Below are positions 29,320 through 39,002 of a stretch of DNA of 64,000 bases, in pieces; positions within the stretch are counted from its first letter, which is position 1; every line of letters begins with the position of its first letter. The stretch is from Bacteroidota bacterium (GTDB lineage: Bacteria > Bacteroidota > Ignavibacteria > UBA10030 > UBA6906). Position numbers and translations under genes: made by a program. The stretch covers positions 15,597-79,596 of the forward strand of contig JANNSJ010000038.1 of assembly GCA_031402435.1 (NCBI GenBank), in the 5' to 3' direction. The notes below the pieces were generated by a model. It was not told the origin of the DNA. It did not search any database and saw only the letters and a list, made by a program, of their open reading frames with translations.

Positions 29320-31854
29320 CTACATCAGTCCTGCCGGATCGACGTCAATCGTCAGTCGCACGGAGCTCTTTGCTGATTGTTCGTACGCAACCATCGCCTT
29401 CCGCAACGCTGCACGCAGATGCGCCCCCGATGGATCCGTTGCCTTTGGACTCTTGATGATGATATGCCACCGGTACCGGTTATTGATCTTCGCAATCACT
29501 GCCGGTGCGGGACCGAGCACTGTGAATGTCCCATTTGACGCTGTGAGCAGCTTTGCAAATCGCTCGGAATGTTTTTGCACTTCCGTCTCGTTCGGCCCTT
29601 TCGTCTCAACCAGTGCGAGACGTGAGAAGGGCGGATATTCAAGTTCCTTCCGCTCTTCCATTTCCTCTTCGAAGAACTTCTTCACATCGTGGTCAACGAC
29701 ATGCTTGAGTGTGTAGTGATCGGGCTGTTGAGTCTGTATGATGACCTCGCCAAGCAAGTCACTTCGCCCGGCTCGCCCCGCTACTTGCGTCAAGAGTTGG
29801 AACGTTCGTTCTGACGAGCGAAAATCCGGCAGCAGCAACTGCGTATCTGCCGAGATAACACCCACAAGCGTGACCCGCGGGAAATCCAAACCCTTTGCCA
29901 CCATCTGTGTACCGAGCAGAATGTCTGCCTCGCCATCCCCAAACTTCCTCAGGATGCGGTCGTGCGCACCTTTGCGCGACGTGGTATCAAGGTCCATCCT
30001 GAGAATGCGGGCGTGAGGAAAAAGGGTTGCTAGCTCTTCTTCCACCCGTTGCGTGCCTATGCCGTGCAATTGAAGACTTGCACCCTTGCACTGCGGACAT
30101 TGGACGTGCTGCTGCCTGACCAACCCGCAGTAATGACACCGGAGATGTTTTTTTGCAAGATGATACGTGAGAGTGATGCTGCAGTTCTCGCACATCTCCG
30201 AATACCCGCAATCAGAACACACCACAAACGGAGCGAACCCTCTCCTGTTTTGCAGCAGGATGATTCCTTCCTTCTTCTTCAGGCGATCTTCTATTCTCTG
30301 CTTCAAGACATCCGACACCGATGAGAGTTTGAAGTCTTTCAGCTTGATTCTCTGATCGTCGGGAAGGGACTCCTTCATTGCCGCGTACGCACGCTTCCTT
30401 TCCTGCGTCATATCCACGATCTCGATTGCCGGCATCGGCACCTGATCGATGCGATACGGCATGGAGAGGAGTGAGTATTTCCCGTTCATTGCATTGTGGT
30501 ACGATTCAGCGGAAGGCGTTGCCGAACCGAGCACAACAACGGCATTGCTGTGCGCACCACGAACGATTGCCACGTCGCGGGCATTGTACCGCGGCGAGGA
30601 ATCGAACTGCTTGTACGATGCTTCGTGCTCTTCATCGACGACAATCAAACCGAGATTGCTCAACGGCGCAAACACAGCCGACCGCGGCCCGATGACAATC
30701 CTGTATGTCCCTCTCAATGCCAGTCGCCATACATCGTACCGCTCGCCTGCGGACATCCTGCTGTGTACGACCGCAACCTGATCCGCAAAATGACTCTTGA
30801 ACCGCCGCACAATCTGCGGCGTGAGGGAGATTTCAGGAACAAGAACAATCACCGTCTTCCCCTGACTCAGACAATGCCGGATCGCCTCGATATACACTTG
30901 AGTCTTTCCGCTTCCCGTCACACCATGAAGCAGAAAGGTCCGGGTGACTGCGTCATCGATTGCAGTTGAGAGAGAATGCAGGATGGTCTTCTGATTAGCG
31001 TTGAGGGTGATGCGAAGAGTTTGTTCTTCCGTACCGAAATCCTGTGCACGATTAACTTCGCGCTTTACTATTGGCACCAAGCCCGAACTGACAAATCCCT
31101 TCAGCATCGGCAAAGTAACTCCCGACTTCTTTAATAAATCTGAAACTGATACTTCCGGGGAGTGTTGTTCCTTCAACAGCCGCAGCGCCTCAAGCAGTTG
31201 GAGGCCTTTTTTTTTGCGTGGTGAAATATCCCTGAGTGCGACATCGAGAAGCGCAGAGTCCACAGACTCAACGAGGACATATTCCTTCAGCTTTACCTTC
31301 TGCTGCTGACGGGAAACCATCTCCTCCGTCATCACCATGCCTGCCAGTTCCATTTCATTGAGCACGGCGTTGATGTTCTTCAATCCCAACTTCTTCTTGA
31401 TCTCCGCAGATGACGTTGGACCATTATCAGCCAGAAATTGCAACAGCTTGGCCCTTTTCGGTGCCTGCGATTTCAAATCCTTGATGGTTTGCGGGAGATC
31501 GGCAAGGGACAGAGGTGTTCGAACCATCCGTTTGCTTGCTGTAAATCCCTGCGGGAGAGCGGCTTTCAGGACTTCTCCGAGAGGGGCAAAGTAATACTCC
31601 GCAATCCATCTGCACAGGTCAAGCAGCTCCCGGGAGACAACGGGCTGCGCATCGATGACATCATTGATGGGTTTGATACCTTTGACGGAAGATGAAGCAG
31701 GCAGATCAACAATAAGGCCTGTGACATACTTTCTGCCGAATGGAACAATTGCGCGCGCGCCGGGAACAGCGAGGTGCTGGAGATCGGACGGAACGAGGTA
31801 CGTGAATGTTTTATCGACTGCGAGAGGCAGGGCGACATCAACGAACTGAGGCAT
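29320..31854 (-). CDS. priA: Primosomal protein N' (replication restart helicase)
   Basis: GVTGSGKT, 'VPEISLTPQ', DEEH, two Cys4 zinc sites and 'GTQMVAKGLDFP'. Confidence 0.96.
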   Translation of the reverse strand: MPQFVDVALPLAVDKTFTYLVPSDLQHLAVPGARAIVPFGRKYVTGLIVDLPASSSVKGIKPINDVIDAQPVVSRELLDLCRWIAEYYFAPLGEVLKAALPQGFTASKRMVRTPLSLADLPQTIKDLKSQAPKRAKLLQFLADNGPTSSAEIKKKLGLKNINAVLNEMELAGMVMTEEMVSRQQQKVKLKEYVLVESVDSALLDVALRDISPRKKKGLQLLEALRLLKEQHSPEVSVSDLLKKSGVTLPMLKGFVSSGLVPIVKREVNRAQDFGTEEQTLRITLNANQKTILHSLSTAIDDAVTRTFLLHGVTGSGKTQVYIEAIRHCLSQGKTVIVLVPEISLTPQIVRRFKSHFADQVAVVHSRMSAGERYDVWRLALRGTYRIVIGPRSAVFAPLSNLGLIVVDEEHEASYKQFDSSPRYNARDVAIVRGAHSNAVVVLGSATPSAESYHNAMNGKYSLLSMPYRIDQVPMPAIEIVDMTQERKRAYAAMKESLPDDQRIKLKDFKLSSVSDVLKQRIEDRLKKKEGIILLQNRRGFAPFVVCSDCGYSEMCENCSITLTYHLAKKHLRCHYCGLVRQQHVQCPQCKGASLQLHGIGTQRVEEELATLFPHARILRMDLDTTSRKGAHDRILRKFGDGEADILLGTQMVAKGLDFPRVTLVGVISADTQLLLPDFRSSERTFQLLTQVAGRAGRSDLLGEVIIQTQQPDHYTLKHVVDHDVKKFFEEEMEERKELEYPPFSRLALVETKGPNETEVQKHSERFAKLLTASNGTFTVLGPAPAVIAKINNRYRWHIIIKSPKATDPSGAHLRAALRKAMVAYEQSAKSSVRLTIDVDPAGLM

Positions 31855-31890
31855 GGGGAAATATCGAGAAAAGGTGCGTGAAGGTCAATG

Positions 31891-31903
31891 AATTGCTGGG
31901 CAA
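31891..31903 (+). promoter_or_regulatory. Candidate Ada box
   Basis: AAT-N6-GCAA upstream of the ada gene, matching the E. coli Ada A/B box. Confidence 0.5.
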
Positions 31904-31959
31904 AATTCCTTGCACGAAAAACGGTAGAACTTGCCAACAAATAGTTGTAGCTTGAACCC

Positions 31960-32529
31960 ATGAAGATGCCGGCCCACAGTGAAATGATAGCCGCAATGCA
32001 GAACGATGACTCCCGGTATAACGGGAAGTTCTTCGTGTGCGTGAAGAGCACGGGAATCTACTGTCTCCCCTCCTGCAAAGCGAAACGACCTCTTCTCAAG
32101 AATGTGAAATTCCATGCAACACGTGAGGAAGCGATCAGGGATGGGTTCAGAGGATGCAAGCGGTGCAAATCGGAGTTCTATCCTGATGTGGCGCCTGACT
32201 GGCTTGGACCGTTACTCACGCTCATGCGTAGTCGGACCCACACGAGAATTACGGAGAAAGAACTTGCCAACAGGGCGGGCGTGGATATCTCCACCATCCG
32301 GCGGTATTTCAAATCGTACCTGAATACAACACCCACGACAATGCATCGAAACATCCGGCTCGAACACGCCCACTCTCTCCTGAAACGTGGCTCCGATTAT
32401 TTGACCGCTGTATATGATACAGGTTTTGAATCGCCAAGCGGGTTTCGCGAAGCATTTGTAAAACGCTACGGCTATCCCCCTTCCACTCGCAAGCTTAGAG
32501 AAATGGTTGCAGGGAACAATCCCTTGTAA
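31960..32529 (+). CDS. adaA: AdaA-like methylphosphotriester methyltransferase/AraC activator
   Basis: 'STGIYCLPSC.AKRP...GFRGCKRC' zinc site plus AraC HTH 'GFESPSGF'. Confidence 0.88.
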   Translation: MKMPAHSEMIAAMQNDDSRYNGKFFVCVKSTGIYCLPSCKAKRPLLKNVKFHATREEAIRDGFRGCKRCKSEFYPDVAPDWLGPLLTLMRSRTHTRITEKELANRAGVDISTIRRYFKSYLNTTPTTMHRNIRLEHAHSLLKRGSDYLTAVYDTGFESPSGFREAFVKRYGYPPSTRKLREMVAGNNPL

Positions 32530-32571
32530 CAAGACAGCAAAGTACACGAATCATCTCACCACAAAACAACA

Positions 32572-33405
32572 ATGGAAAACGACATGAACGCAAGCAACAA
32601 TCAGGAATATGCGCTGGGCACCAATGAAGCCGAAATCGTAAGACTTGGTATGCAGCACAAACTCTGGAGCGCGACTGCGTTTGCGATTTGGGAACGGGCA
32701 GGAATCTCAGCAGGCAAGACTGTGCTCGACATCGGTTGCGGGCCAGGATACACAAGCGCTGATCTTGCCGGAGTTGTCACATCAAAAGGGAAGGTGATTG
32801 CGATCGACGAATCTCCCAGGTTCATTGAGCATCTGCAGCAGCGTCAACAGTTGCTCGGCGAGGTTTCCATCGACGCCCGTGTTGGCGATGTGCAGCAACT
32901 TGATTTACCTGCCGGGAGCATTGACGCGGCATATCAGCGCTGGGTACTTTGTTTTGTGAATGACCCCGAAGCGGTAATTCGTGGAGTGGCACGGGCATTG
33001 AAACCCGGTGGCGCATTTGCTATTCAAGAGTACATGCACTATGAGGGAATCCTGCTTGCACCGGAAAGCAAGGCATTTAATCGCTTCGTGACCGTCGTCG
33101 CCGATGCGTGGAACTTTCGCGGCGGCAACTCAAATGTCGGCATGGTGCTGCCCAGCTTGCTCGTAAAGCACGGCTTGATACCGAGGGAAATCCGTCCCCT
33201 TCACCGCATTGCACGTCCGCAATCGCAGCTCTGGACGTGGCCTACGATCTTCATAAACACCTACGCACCGAAACTTGTCGAGGAAGGTAAACTGACACCG
33301 AGGGAACATGACGCCCTTGTTCAGGATTGGGCAGCGCGGTCAAACGATCCGGGCGCATTTTTCTGCTCGCCGCCGATGATTGAGATTATCGCTGTGAAGC
33401 AGTAA
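32572..33405 (+). CDS. Class I SAM-dependent methyltransferase
   Basis: 'VLDIGCGPG' and 'ALKPGG'; N-terminal 'YALG..EAE..RL..Q'. Confidence 0.88.
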   Translation: MENDMNASNNQEYALGTNEAEIVRLGMQHKLWSATAFAIWERAGISAGKTVLDIGCGPGYTSADLAGVVTSKGKVIAIDESPRFIEHLQQRQQLLGEVSIDARVGDVQQLDLPAGSIDAAYQRWVLCFVNDPEAVIRGVARALKPGGAFAIQEYMHYEGILLAPESKAFNRFVTVVADAWNFRGGNSNVGMVLPSLLVKHGLIPREIRPLHRIARPQSQLWTWPTIFINTYAPKLVEEGKLTPREHDALVQDWAARSNDPGAFFCSPPMIEIIAVKQ

Positions 33406-33461
33406 CACATGAAACAAATGTTGAGCACCTTGATATTTTAGGAGGAGGGTCAATCGAACAG

Positions 33462-34004
33462 GTGACGTACAAAATCGTGCAAAGCCCCATCGGAGAGTTC
33501 ATTGCCGGAGCAACTCCTCGGGGTTGCTGTCTCTTCGAGTTTTATGATCGTGGGGGGTTGGATAAAATCAAAGCCCGCATTCTGAAACGATACCGACGTG
33601 AAATGACTCCCGGATCAGATCCGATTCTGGACCAGGCAGAAGGAGAGATTCAAGAATATTTTCAAGGGCAAAGGCAGACCTTCTCCATTCCTCTTGACAT
33701 CAAAGGAACACCGTTCGAGAAATCGGTATGGGATCAACTGATGAGAATACCGTACGGCGAAACGCGTTCTTACGGCGCTATTGCGGCGATGCTTGGCCAG
33801 CCCGGTGCAGCCCGTGCCGTCGGACGCGCGAATGGAGCGAACTACATTCCGGTGATCATTCCATGTCACCGCGTGATTGAGGCCAATGGAAATCTCAGAG
33901 GGTTCGGAGGTGGACTTTGGAGGAAACAATACTTGCTTGATCTGGAGAAGAGGTCCCGTTCAGGGGCAATGCGGACGGTCAGTGAAGAGGCGTTACTTGT
34001 TTGA
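33462..34004 (+). CDS. ogt: Methylated-DNA--protein-cysteine methyltransferase
   Basis: 'IPYGETRSY', 'ARAVGRAN' and active site IPCHRV. Confidence 0.93.
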   Translation: MTYKIVQSPIGEFIAGATPRGCCLFEFYDRGGLDKIKARILKRYRREMTPGSDPILDQAEGEIQEYFQGQRQTFSIPLDIKGTPFEKSVWDQLMRIPYGETRSYGAIAAMLGQPGAARAVGRANGANYIPVIIPCHRVIEANGNLRGFGGGLWRKQYLLDLEKRSRSGAMRTVSEEALLV

Positions 34005-34445
34005 AATGGTATATTGTGTTTTGAATTGTGGTATCTGAATGGGGTTCCATGCAGGATATACCTTCGCACACTTCATCCTTCCGTCAACAAACAGAATGCA
34101 CTTCACGAGATGCATCCTGTCGTTGTGCAACGCAATCGTATGGACAGGGGCCTCCTGTTTTGCGAAATGATAGACAGATTGCAAGGAATCCGATTCAAGG
34201 TCATGCACGCGCATTTCAACAACGCCCTTGGTAAACACAGCAAACCACAGAAATTCCTTGTCAGGATATGGATTGGTGCAGCTCGTAAAAAAGACCTTGG
34301 CGCTGTCTTCAAAGTGTACCTGCTCCATTGCCCGTGACTCGTTCACATCTTCGTAGTCGGAAGAACCGAACACGAGCGTCTTGCAAGAGGCGACAAGCAA
34401 GGCACAGAGGAGGATCAGCCAGAGAGCAATCGTTGTGGTTTTCAT
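33993..34445 (-). CDS. Hypothetical lipoprotein with a CTD-like beta-sandwich
   Basis: Start MKTTTIALW at 34445; lipobox VASC. Confidence 0.65.
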   Translation of the reverse strand: MKTTTIALWLILLCALLVASCKTLVFGSSDYEDVNESRAMEQVHFEDSAKVFFTSCTNPYPDKEFLWFAVFTKGVVEMRVHDLESDSLQSVYHFAKQEAPVHTIALHNDRMHLVKCILFVDGRMKCAKVYPAWNPIQIPQFKTQYTISNK

Positions 34446-34512
34446 TACCACCCAATCTAAGAAAAGAACCGCGAAGGGCAAGCAAATTGTGATGAAGTAC
34501 TCGATCCGTGGG

Positions 34513-35604
34513 TCATTCCGGTACGACAACCGGTTCCCGCTCCAACGTAATCCCGAATCGCTCCCGCACTCCCCGCTGAATGCGGGATGCAAGGTCAAGT
34601 AATTCCCTTGACGTGCCCGTGTAGTTTACAAGCGCCAGTGAATGGTTCTGCGAAACGCCAACTCCGCCCAATCGAAACCCTTTTGTAAAGCCTGCGTTCT
34701 CGACAAGCCAGGCCGCTGGAATCTTTAGATCGTTTCCTGTTGGAAAAGTGGGAATTGTATCCTCGTTGCCCAGCTCCTTCCAGCGCATCTGTACATTGGC
34801 AAATTGCTCTTTCGAGAGAACGGGATTGGTGAAGAATGAGCCGACCGAACGGGAATGTGGATCAGCGGGATCAACAACCATGGATTTGCGACGGCGGAGG
34901 GTGAGCACTGCATCTCGAACGGCCCGCAAGACCGGCTCGCCGACACCAAGTGTGGCTAGGTCTACCGATGATGCAATGAACTTCGCCAGTTCAGGATAAC
35001 GAATCTCGGGACGTCCATTCTTGCGAAGGCGGAACGTTACTTCTGTAACAATAAACCTGTCGGCGTCGCCCGACTTGAACCTGCTCTGGCGATATCCGAA
35101 GCGACATTCCTGATTTGTGAACGCAACACTTGCAAGCGTTTGCCTGTCGATTGCCTTCACCGACTCGACAGTATCCCCTACTTCCTGTCCGTATGCACCG
35201 ACATTTTGGATCGGTGTTGCGCCGACGAGGCCCGGGATACCTGAGAGACACTCAACTCCTGCAAGGTTCTTCACGATGCACTGCTCAACGAAGGGGTCCC
35301 ATTCTTCTCCAGCAGCAACAGCAACGAAAACAGAATCCCCCTCTTCTCTGAACGATATCCCCTTCAACTCAATGCGGACGACAAGTCCATTGAAGCCCTC
35401 ATCCGCAAAGACCACATTACTTCCGCCACCGAGCACGTGCACGCACAGTCCCTGCTGTGTTGCAATACGCAATGCTTCATGCACTTGATCAAATGTCCGG
35501 CATGAGGCAAAGGAGCGCGCTTCCCCTCCAAGCTTGATTGTGGTGAATGGGGAAAGAGGAACGCCGTGTTGGATGTGGAGAGAAGTAATTGGTTCGGGAG
35601 TCAT
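34513..35604 (-). CDS. murB: UDP-N-acetylmuramate dehydrogenase
   Basis: 'LGGGSN', 'GIPGLVGATPIQNVGAYG', 'GSFFTNP' and 'HSLALVN'; start 35604 overlaps the cupin stop. Confidence 0.94.
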   Translation of the reverse strand: MTPEPITSLHIQHGVPLSPFTTIKLGGEARSFASCRTFDQVHEALRIATQQGLCVHVLGGGSNVVFADEGFNGLVVRIELKGISFREEGDSVFVAVAAGEEWDPFVEQCIVKNLAGVECLSGIPGLVGATPIQNVGAYGQEVGDTVESVKAIDRQTLASVAFTNQECRFGYRQSRFKSGDADRFIVTEVTFRLRKNGRPEIRYPELAKFIASSVDLATLGVGEPVLRAVRDAVLTLRRRKSMVVDPADPHSRSVGSFFTNPVLSKEQFANVQMRWKELGNEDTIPTFPTGNDLKIPAAWLVENAGFTKGFRLGGVGVSQNHSLALVNYTGTSRELLDLASRIQRGVRERFGITLEREPVVVPE

Positions 35605-35966
35605 GCAGGATCCCGGTGAACCGCTTCGATGGAAAACGCCGGAAGGCATACGGCAATGTACTCGGCGCCTTCCTCTCCCGGCGAGCCGTACCTGACCCAT
35701 TCCCCTGCACGCAAAATAATCGCCTGACCTGCCTGCACATCAATGGAGCCCGCGGCATGTTCAACACGAAGCATGCCCTTGAGAACCACAGTATATTCAT
35801 CGAACTCCGGCTTCTGTCCCGGTTCCACCCAGCCCGAAGGGCTGCGCATACGGGCAATACTCACCCCCGACGTTTTTGAGTTCACACGACCGATGAACTC
35901 CTCGATGATCTTCAGCTTATTGCCGGCTGCTTGTATGATGCTGGGGGATGGAATGGGTATGGGCAT
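35601..35966 (-). CDS. Cupin domain protein (EutQ-like)
   Basis: 'GWVEPGQKPEFDEYTVVLKG' and 'AEYIAVCLPAF'. Confidence 0.85.
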   Translation of the reverse strand: MPIPIPSPSIIQAAGNKLKIIEEFIGRVNSKTSGVSIARMRSPSGWVEPGQKPEFDEYTVVLKGMLRVEHAAGSIDVQAGQAIILRAGEWVRYGSPGEEGAEYIAVCLPAFSIEAVHRDPA

Positions 35967-36091
35967 TGCATGAATCCTCTGATTAAAATCCAAAATCGCC
36001 AAATCTCAAACTCGATGTTTCAGAAGCCCTGGCTCTTGCCATCCTACGGGAAAAGTATATCTTAAGCAAGCTCAATAATCAAAGACAGGCC

Positions 36092-37048
36092 ATGAAAACC
36101 ATCATTTCATACGTGAAAGAGTTTCTCCACGAACAGTGGAATCCCGGATACTTTGCAATGGTCGGCAGCATACTGGCGGTACTCTTCTTCTTCAACTATC
36201 AATTCGACCTTGAAAGAACCATAACGAGCAAGCTCTCATTTCCCGTTGAGCACATTGCGTTCTATTTTGTATTCTACTTCATCCCATATGTGCTGACCCA
36301 CGTAGCCTACGCAATCACGAAACGGGATCCAGGCATGCTACTTGACCGGAGATTCTGGGGGTTGAGCGTGTTTGCGTTCATCGCACTTGCAACGTACATT
36401 GCCCTCCATGATGGCCCTTGGTATCTGCTGAAGACTCAACCGGCGCTCTTCGCTTCCGTGCCCGGACAATTCCAAGCCATCGTTGCTCGTTGCGCCAGCA
36501 ACATCCTCCCACTTACTCTAATGGGGATTCCCATTCTGGGATACTGGTGGAAGGTGGACCGAAATACTATGCCGCTTTATGGGTTCAACGCCAGGACGAT
36601 CAACCTCAGCCCTTACTTTCTTATCCTGCTCTTCCTCGTGCCGCTGGTCGTGGCCGCATCATTCACGCCGGATTTCCAGCATGCCTACCCGCGCTACAAG
36701 TTCGGGTTCCCCAATCATGTTGACATCGGGACGCAACGCCTGGTGATTGGTGTGTTTGAACTGTGTTATGGGGCGGACTTTATATTCGTGGAGTTCTTCT
36801 TCCGGGGATTCATGGTGCTCGCATTTGCGCGTTTGCTCGGATCAAAAGCCATCATCCCGATGGTTGTGGTGTACGCCCTGATTCATTTTGAAAAGCCTCT
36901 GCTCGAAGCGCTAAGTTCGATCATTGGCGGGCTCGCGCTCGGAGTGATCTCTTACAGAACGAAGTCGATTTATGGCGGGATCATCCTCCATCTCGGCATC
37001 GCGTTCATGATGGAGATTGTGGGAACGTTGCAGATGGTGATGCGGTGA
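36092..37048 (+). CDS. CPBP (Abi/CAAX) intramembrane glutamic endopeptidase family protein
   Basis: 'VEFFFRG', 'Y..IHF.KP..E' and 'H' motif 4; multiple TM segments. Confidence 0.85.
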   Translation: MKTIISYVKEFLHEQWNPGYFAMVGSILAVLFFFNYQFDLERTITSKLSFPVEHIAFYFVFYFIPYVLTHVAYAITKRDPGMLLDRRFWGLSVFAFIALATYIALHDGPWYLLKTQPALFASVPGQFQAIVARCASNILPLTLMGIPILGYWWKVDRNTMPLYGFNARTINLSPYFLILLFLVPLVVAASFTPDFQHAYPRYKFGFPNHVDIGTQRLVIGVFELCYGADFIFVEFFFRGFMVLAFARLLGSKAIIPMVVVYALIHFEKPLLEALSSIIGGLALGVISYRTKSIYGGIILHLGIAFMMEIVGTLQMVMR

Positions 37049-37061
37049 TTGAATCGTAGTG

Positions 37062-37724
37062 TCAACGCGACGCCTTTCTCGCGCTCCATCTCCCGTGCCA
37101 GTAGCAAAGCGGACCAAGGATAAAGTAGATCATGCCGGGCAAACCGAACGCAAGTCCAAGTTTGAACGAAGCAAGGACGATGGACACCACCCCGACGAAC
37201 GCAAGAATCAGGTAATGCCGAAAGTAGAACCGTCCCTCAGTTGCCTGCTGAACCGTCAGTTCCAGCATTTCTCGTTGACCGGATGCATGGCGGTACATGA
37301 ATGCGATGCAAAAGAAGATGGCGGCAAACCCACTGCTATACAGGATAAACAACAGCGAGAGATCGTTTAGCGAATGCACTCCCGCTTCTCCTCCATCAAG
37401 ATGCAGCACGCCGCTGACCAGACTCCTTGTAACAAACTTCAGAGGGTACACATAAAAGAGGATCACAAACAGCAAAAGAGAGTTCCACAAAACGATCATC
37501 GAGTCGGCGAGTTGGAACCGCCGGAAAAAGTGGTAATGAACGGTCCAGATCATGATCAACGCCAGAAAACCCAATGCGAATGCATAGAACCCGTGCAAGT
37601 CGCGGATGAGGTCTGCAAACGACTCGGGCACTTCGAGCGAAACAACAAGCAGTGTCGCAGAGAAGGCAAACACTGCGTCACTGAATGCTTCAAGCCGCGT
37701 GACATGGTTTGTGTGCGTGCTCAT
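37062..37724 (-). CDS. TMEM175 family K+ channel
   Basis: 'RLEAFSDAVFAFSATLL' signature and 'W..H..FF'. Confidence 0.9.
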   Translation of the reverse strand: MSTHTNHVTRLEAFSDAVFAFSATLLVVSLEVPESFADLIRDLHGFYAFALGFLALIMIWTVHYHFFRRFQLADSMIVLWNSLLLFVILFYVYPLKFVTRSLVSGVLHLDGGEAGVHSLNDLSLLFILYSSGFAAIFFCIAFMYRHASGQREMLELTVQQATEGRFYFRHYLILAFVGVVSIVLASFKLGLAFGLPGMIYFILGPLCYWHGRWSARKASR

Positions 37725-37975
37725 GGTACTCCGGGTCGTTTGAACCCGCGGTACGTATCGAACCGCGAATCGTAGAAGATGATATTAAACTGGCTGTCCC
37801 GCAGCGTGCCACCGGAGGGATACAGGTAGAACTCACTCACTGTGTCCGTAACTTTGTTGACGGGCTTGCCTGCTTCGGTGTAGAATTTCAGTGTGTAGTA
37901 CCCGATCGTGTAGGGAGCTGTCTTGAGTTGCTCAAGAAGGTTTGGATCAGTGAAGAGAAAAACATCGGTGTCCAC
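37721..37975 (-). CDS. Small aromatic-rich hypothetical protein
   Basis: ORF fills the gap between the AKR and TMEM175 genes with an ATGA overlap; GTG start at 37975 assumed. Confidence 0.7.
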   Translation of the reverse strand: MDTDVFLFTDPNLLEQLKTAPYTIGYYTLKFYTEAGKPVNKVTDTVSEFYLYPSGGTLRDSQFNIIFYDSRFDTYRGFKRPGVP

Positions 37976-37976
37976 G

Positions 37977-38927
37977 TCACCCCATCCGCTCAATCACATC
38001 AGTGCCGACAACCTGATCTATGGCAATGATAGTCTCAGGCGTTAATTCGATACTGGATCCGATAATCGATTGCCTGATCTGCAGCCTGTTCTTCGCTCCG
38101 CAGATCGCACCGGCAATCATCGGATTCTGTAGTATCCAGCCGAGTGCAAGCTGTATCAGGGACAGACCCTCCTGTGTGGCAATTGTCCGGAGCCGGTTCA
38201 CGTTCTCAATGCTGTTGCGGTAGCGTTCCCCGCGAAAGCGCTTGTCTTCGATACGTAGATCGTCGAGGTCGAAGCTGGAATGCTTGTGTAAAACCCCTGC
38301 AAGAAGTCCACGACAGAACGGCTCACATGCAAGTATCGGAATCCGGGTTGCGCGGCAAAAGGGAATGAACTCCTGCGCGATGGACCGGTTGAGAATATTG
38401 TACGGTGTTTGCACGACATCAATTCGGCCGTGCTTCAATGCTTCGCGGAGAGTCTCGATATTCGACGTGCAATACCCGATGAATCTGATCTTCCCACGGC
38501 TCCGCAGTTCTTCCATCGCCTCAACGGTTTCACTGATCGGCGTTGCGGTATCATCACCGGGAATAAAATAGACGTCGATGCAGTCCCGTTGAAGCCTGCG
38601 CAGACTTCCATCCACCTGGCGCAGGATGTTCGGCCTGTTGTTCAGAGACCAGAAGTGGCCGGTGCTGTCGATGCCGGAGCCAATCTTAGTGGCAATGGCG
38701 ACCTTGTTGCCTTCCAAACGAAGCGCTTCGCCGAGTGTCTCTTCCGCCACTCCAGCCCCGTAGGCGGGCGATGTGTCGAACAGCGTGACGCCCCCTTCAA
38801 GCGCGGCCTGAAGGGTCTGGAGCGCCTCGAATTTACCGACGCGGCCAAAGTGACCGCCAAACGGAAGTCCGCCTAATCCGATACGAGAAATGGTAAGATT
38901 GGTTTTGCCGAGTGTAAGGGTTTGCAT
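37977..38927 (-). CDS. Aldo/keto reductase family protein lacking the catalytic His
   Basis: 'SRIGLG', 'FDTSPAYG', 'ATK', 'SLRRL...ID' and 'GKIRFIG'. Confidence 0.88.
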   Translation of the reverse strand: MQTLTLGKTNLTISRIGLGGLPFGGHFGRVGKFEALQTLQAALEGGVTLFDTSPAYGAGVAEETLGEALRLEGNKVAIATKIGSGIDSTGHFWSLNNRPNILRQVDGSLRRLQRDCIDVYFIPGDDTATPISETVEAMEELRSRGKIRFIGYCTSNIETLREALKHGRIDVVQTPYNILNRSIAQEFIPFCRATRIPILACEPFCRGLLAGVLHKHSSFDLDDLRIEDKRFRGERYRNSIENVNRLRTIATQEGLSLIQLALGWILQNPMIAGAICGAKNRLQIRQSIIGSSIELTPETIIAIDQVVGTDVIERMG

Positions 38928-39002
38928 TTCCTTCTGTGATAACTTGCCACCAAGATACGAAGACTCCGAGAACAACACGGCCTGGAGGCTCTGCGGTTAC
39001 AC

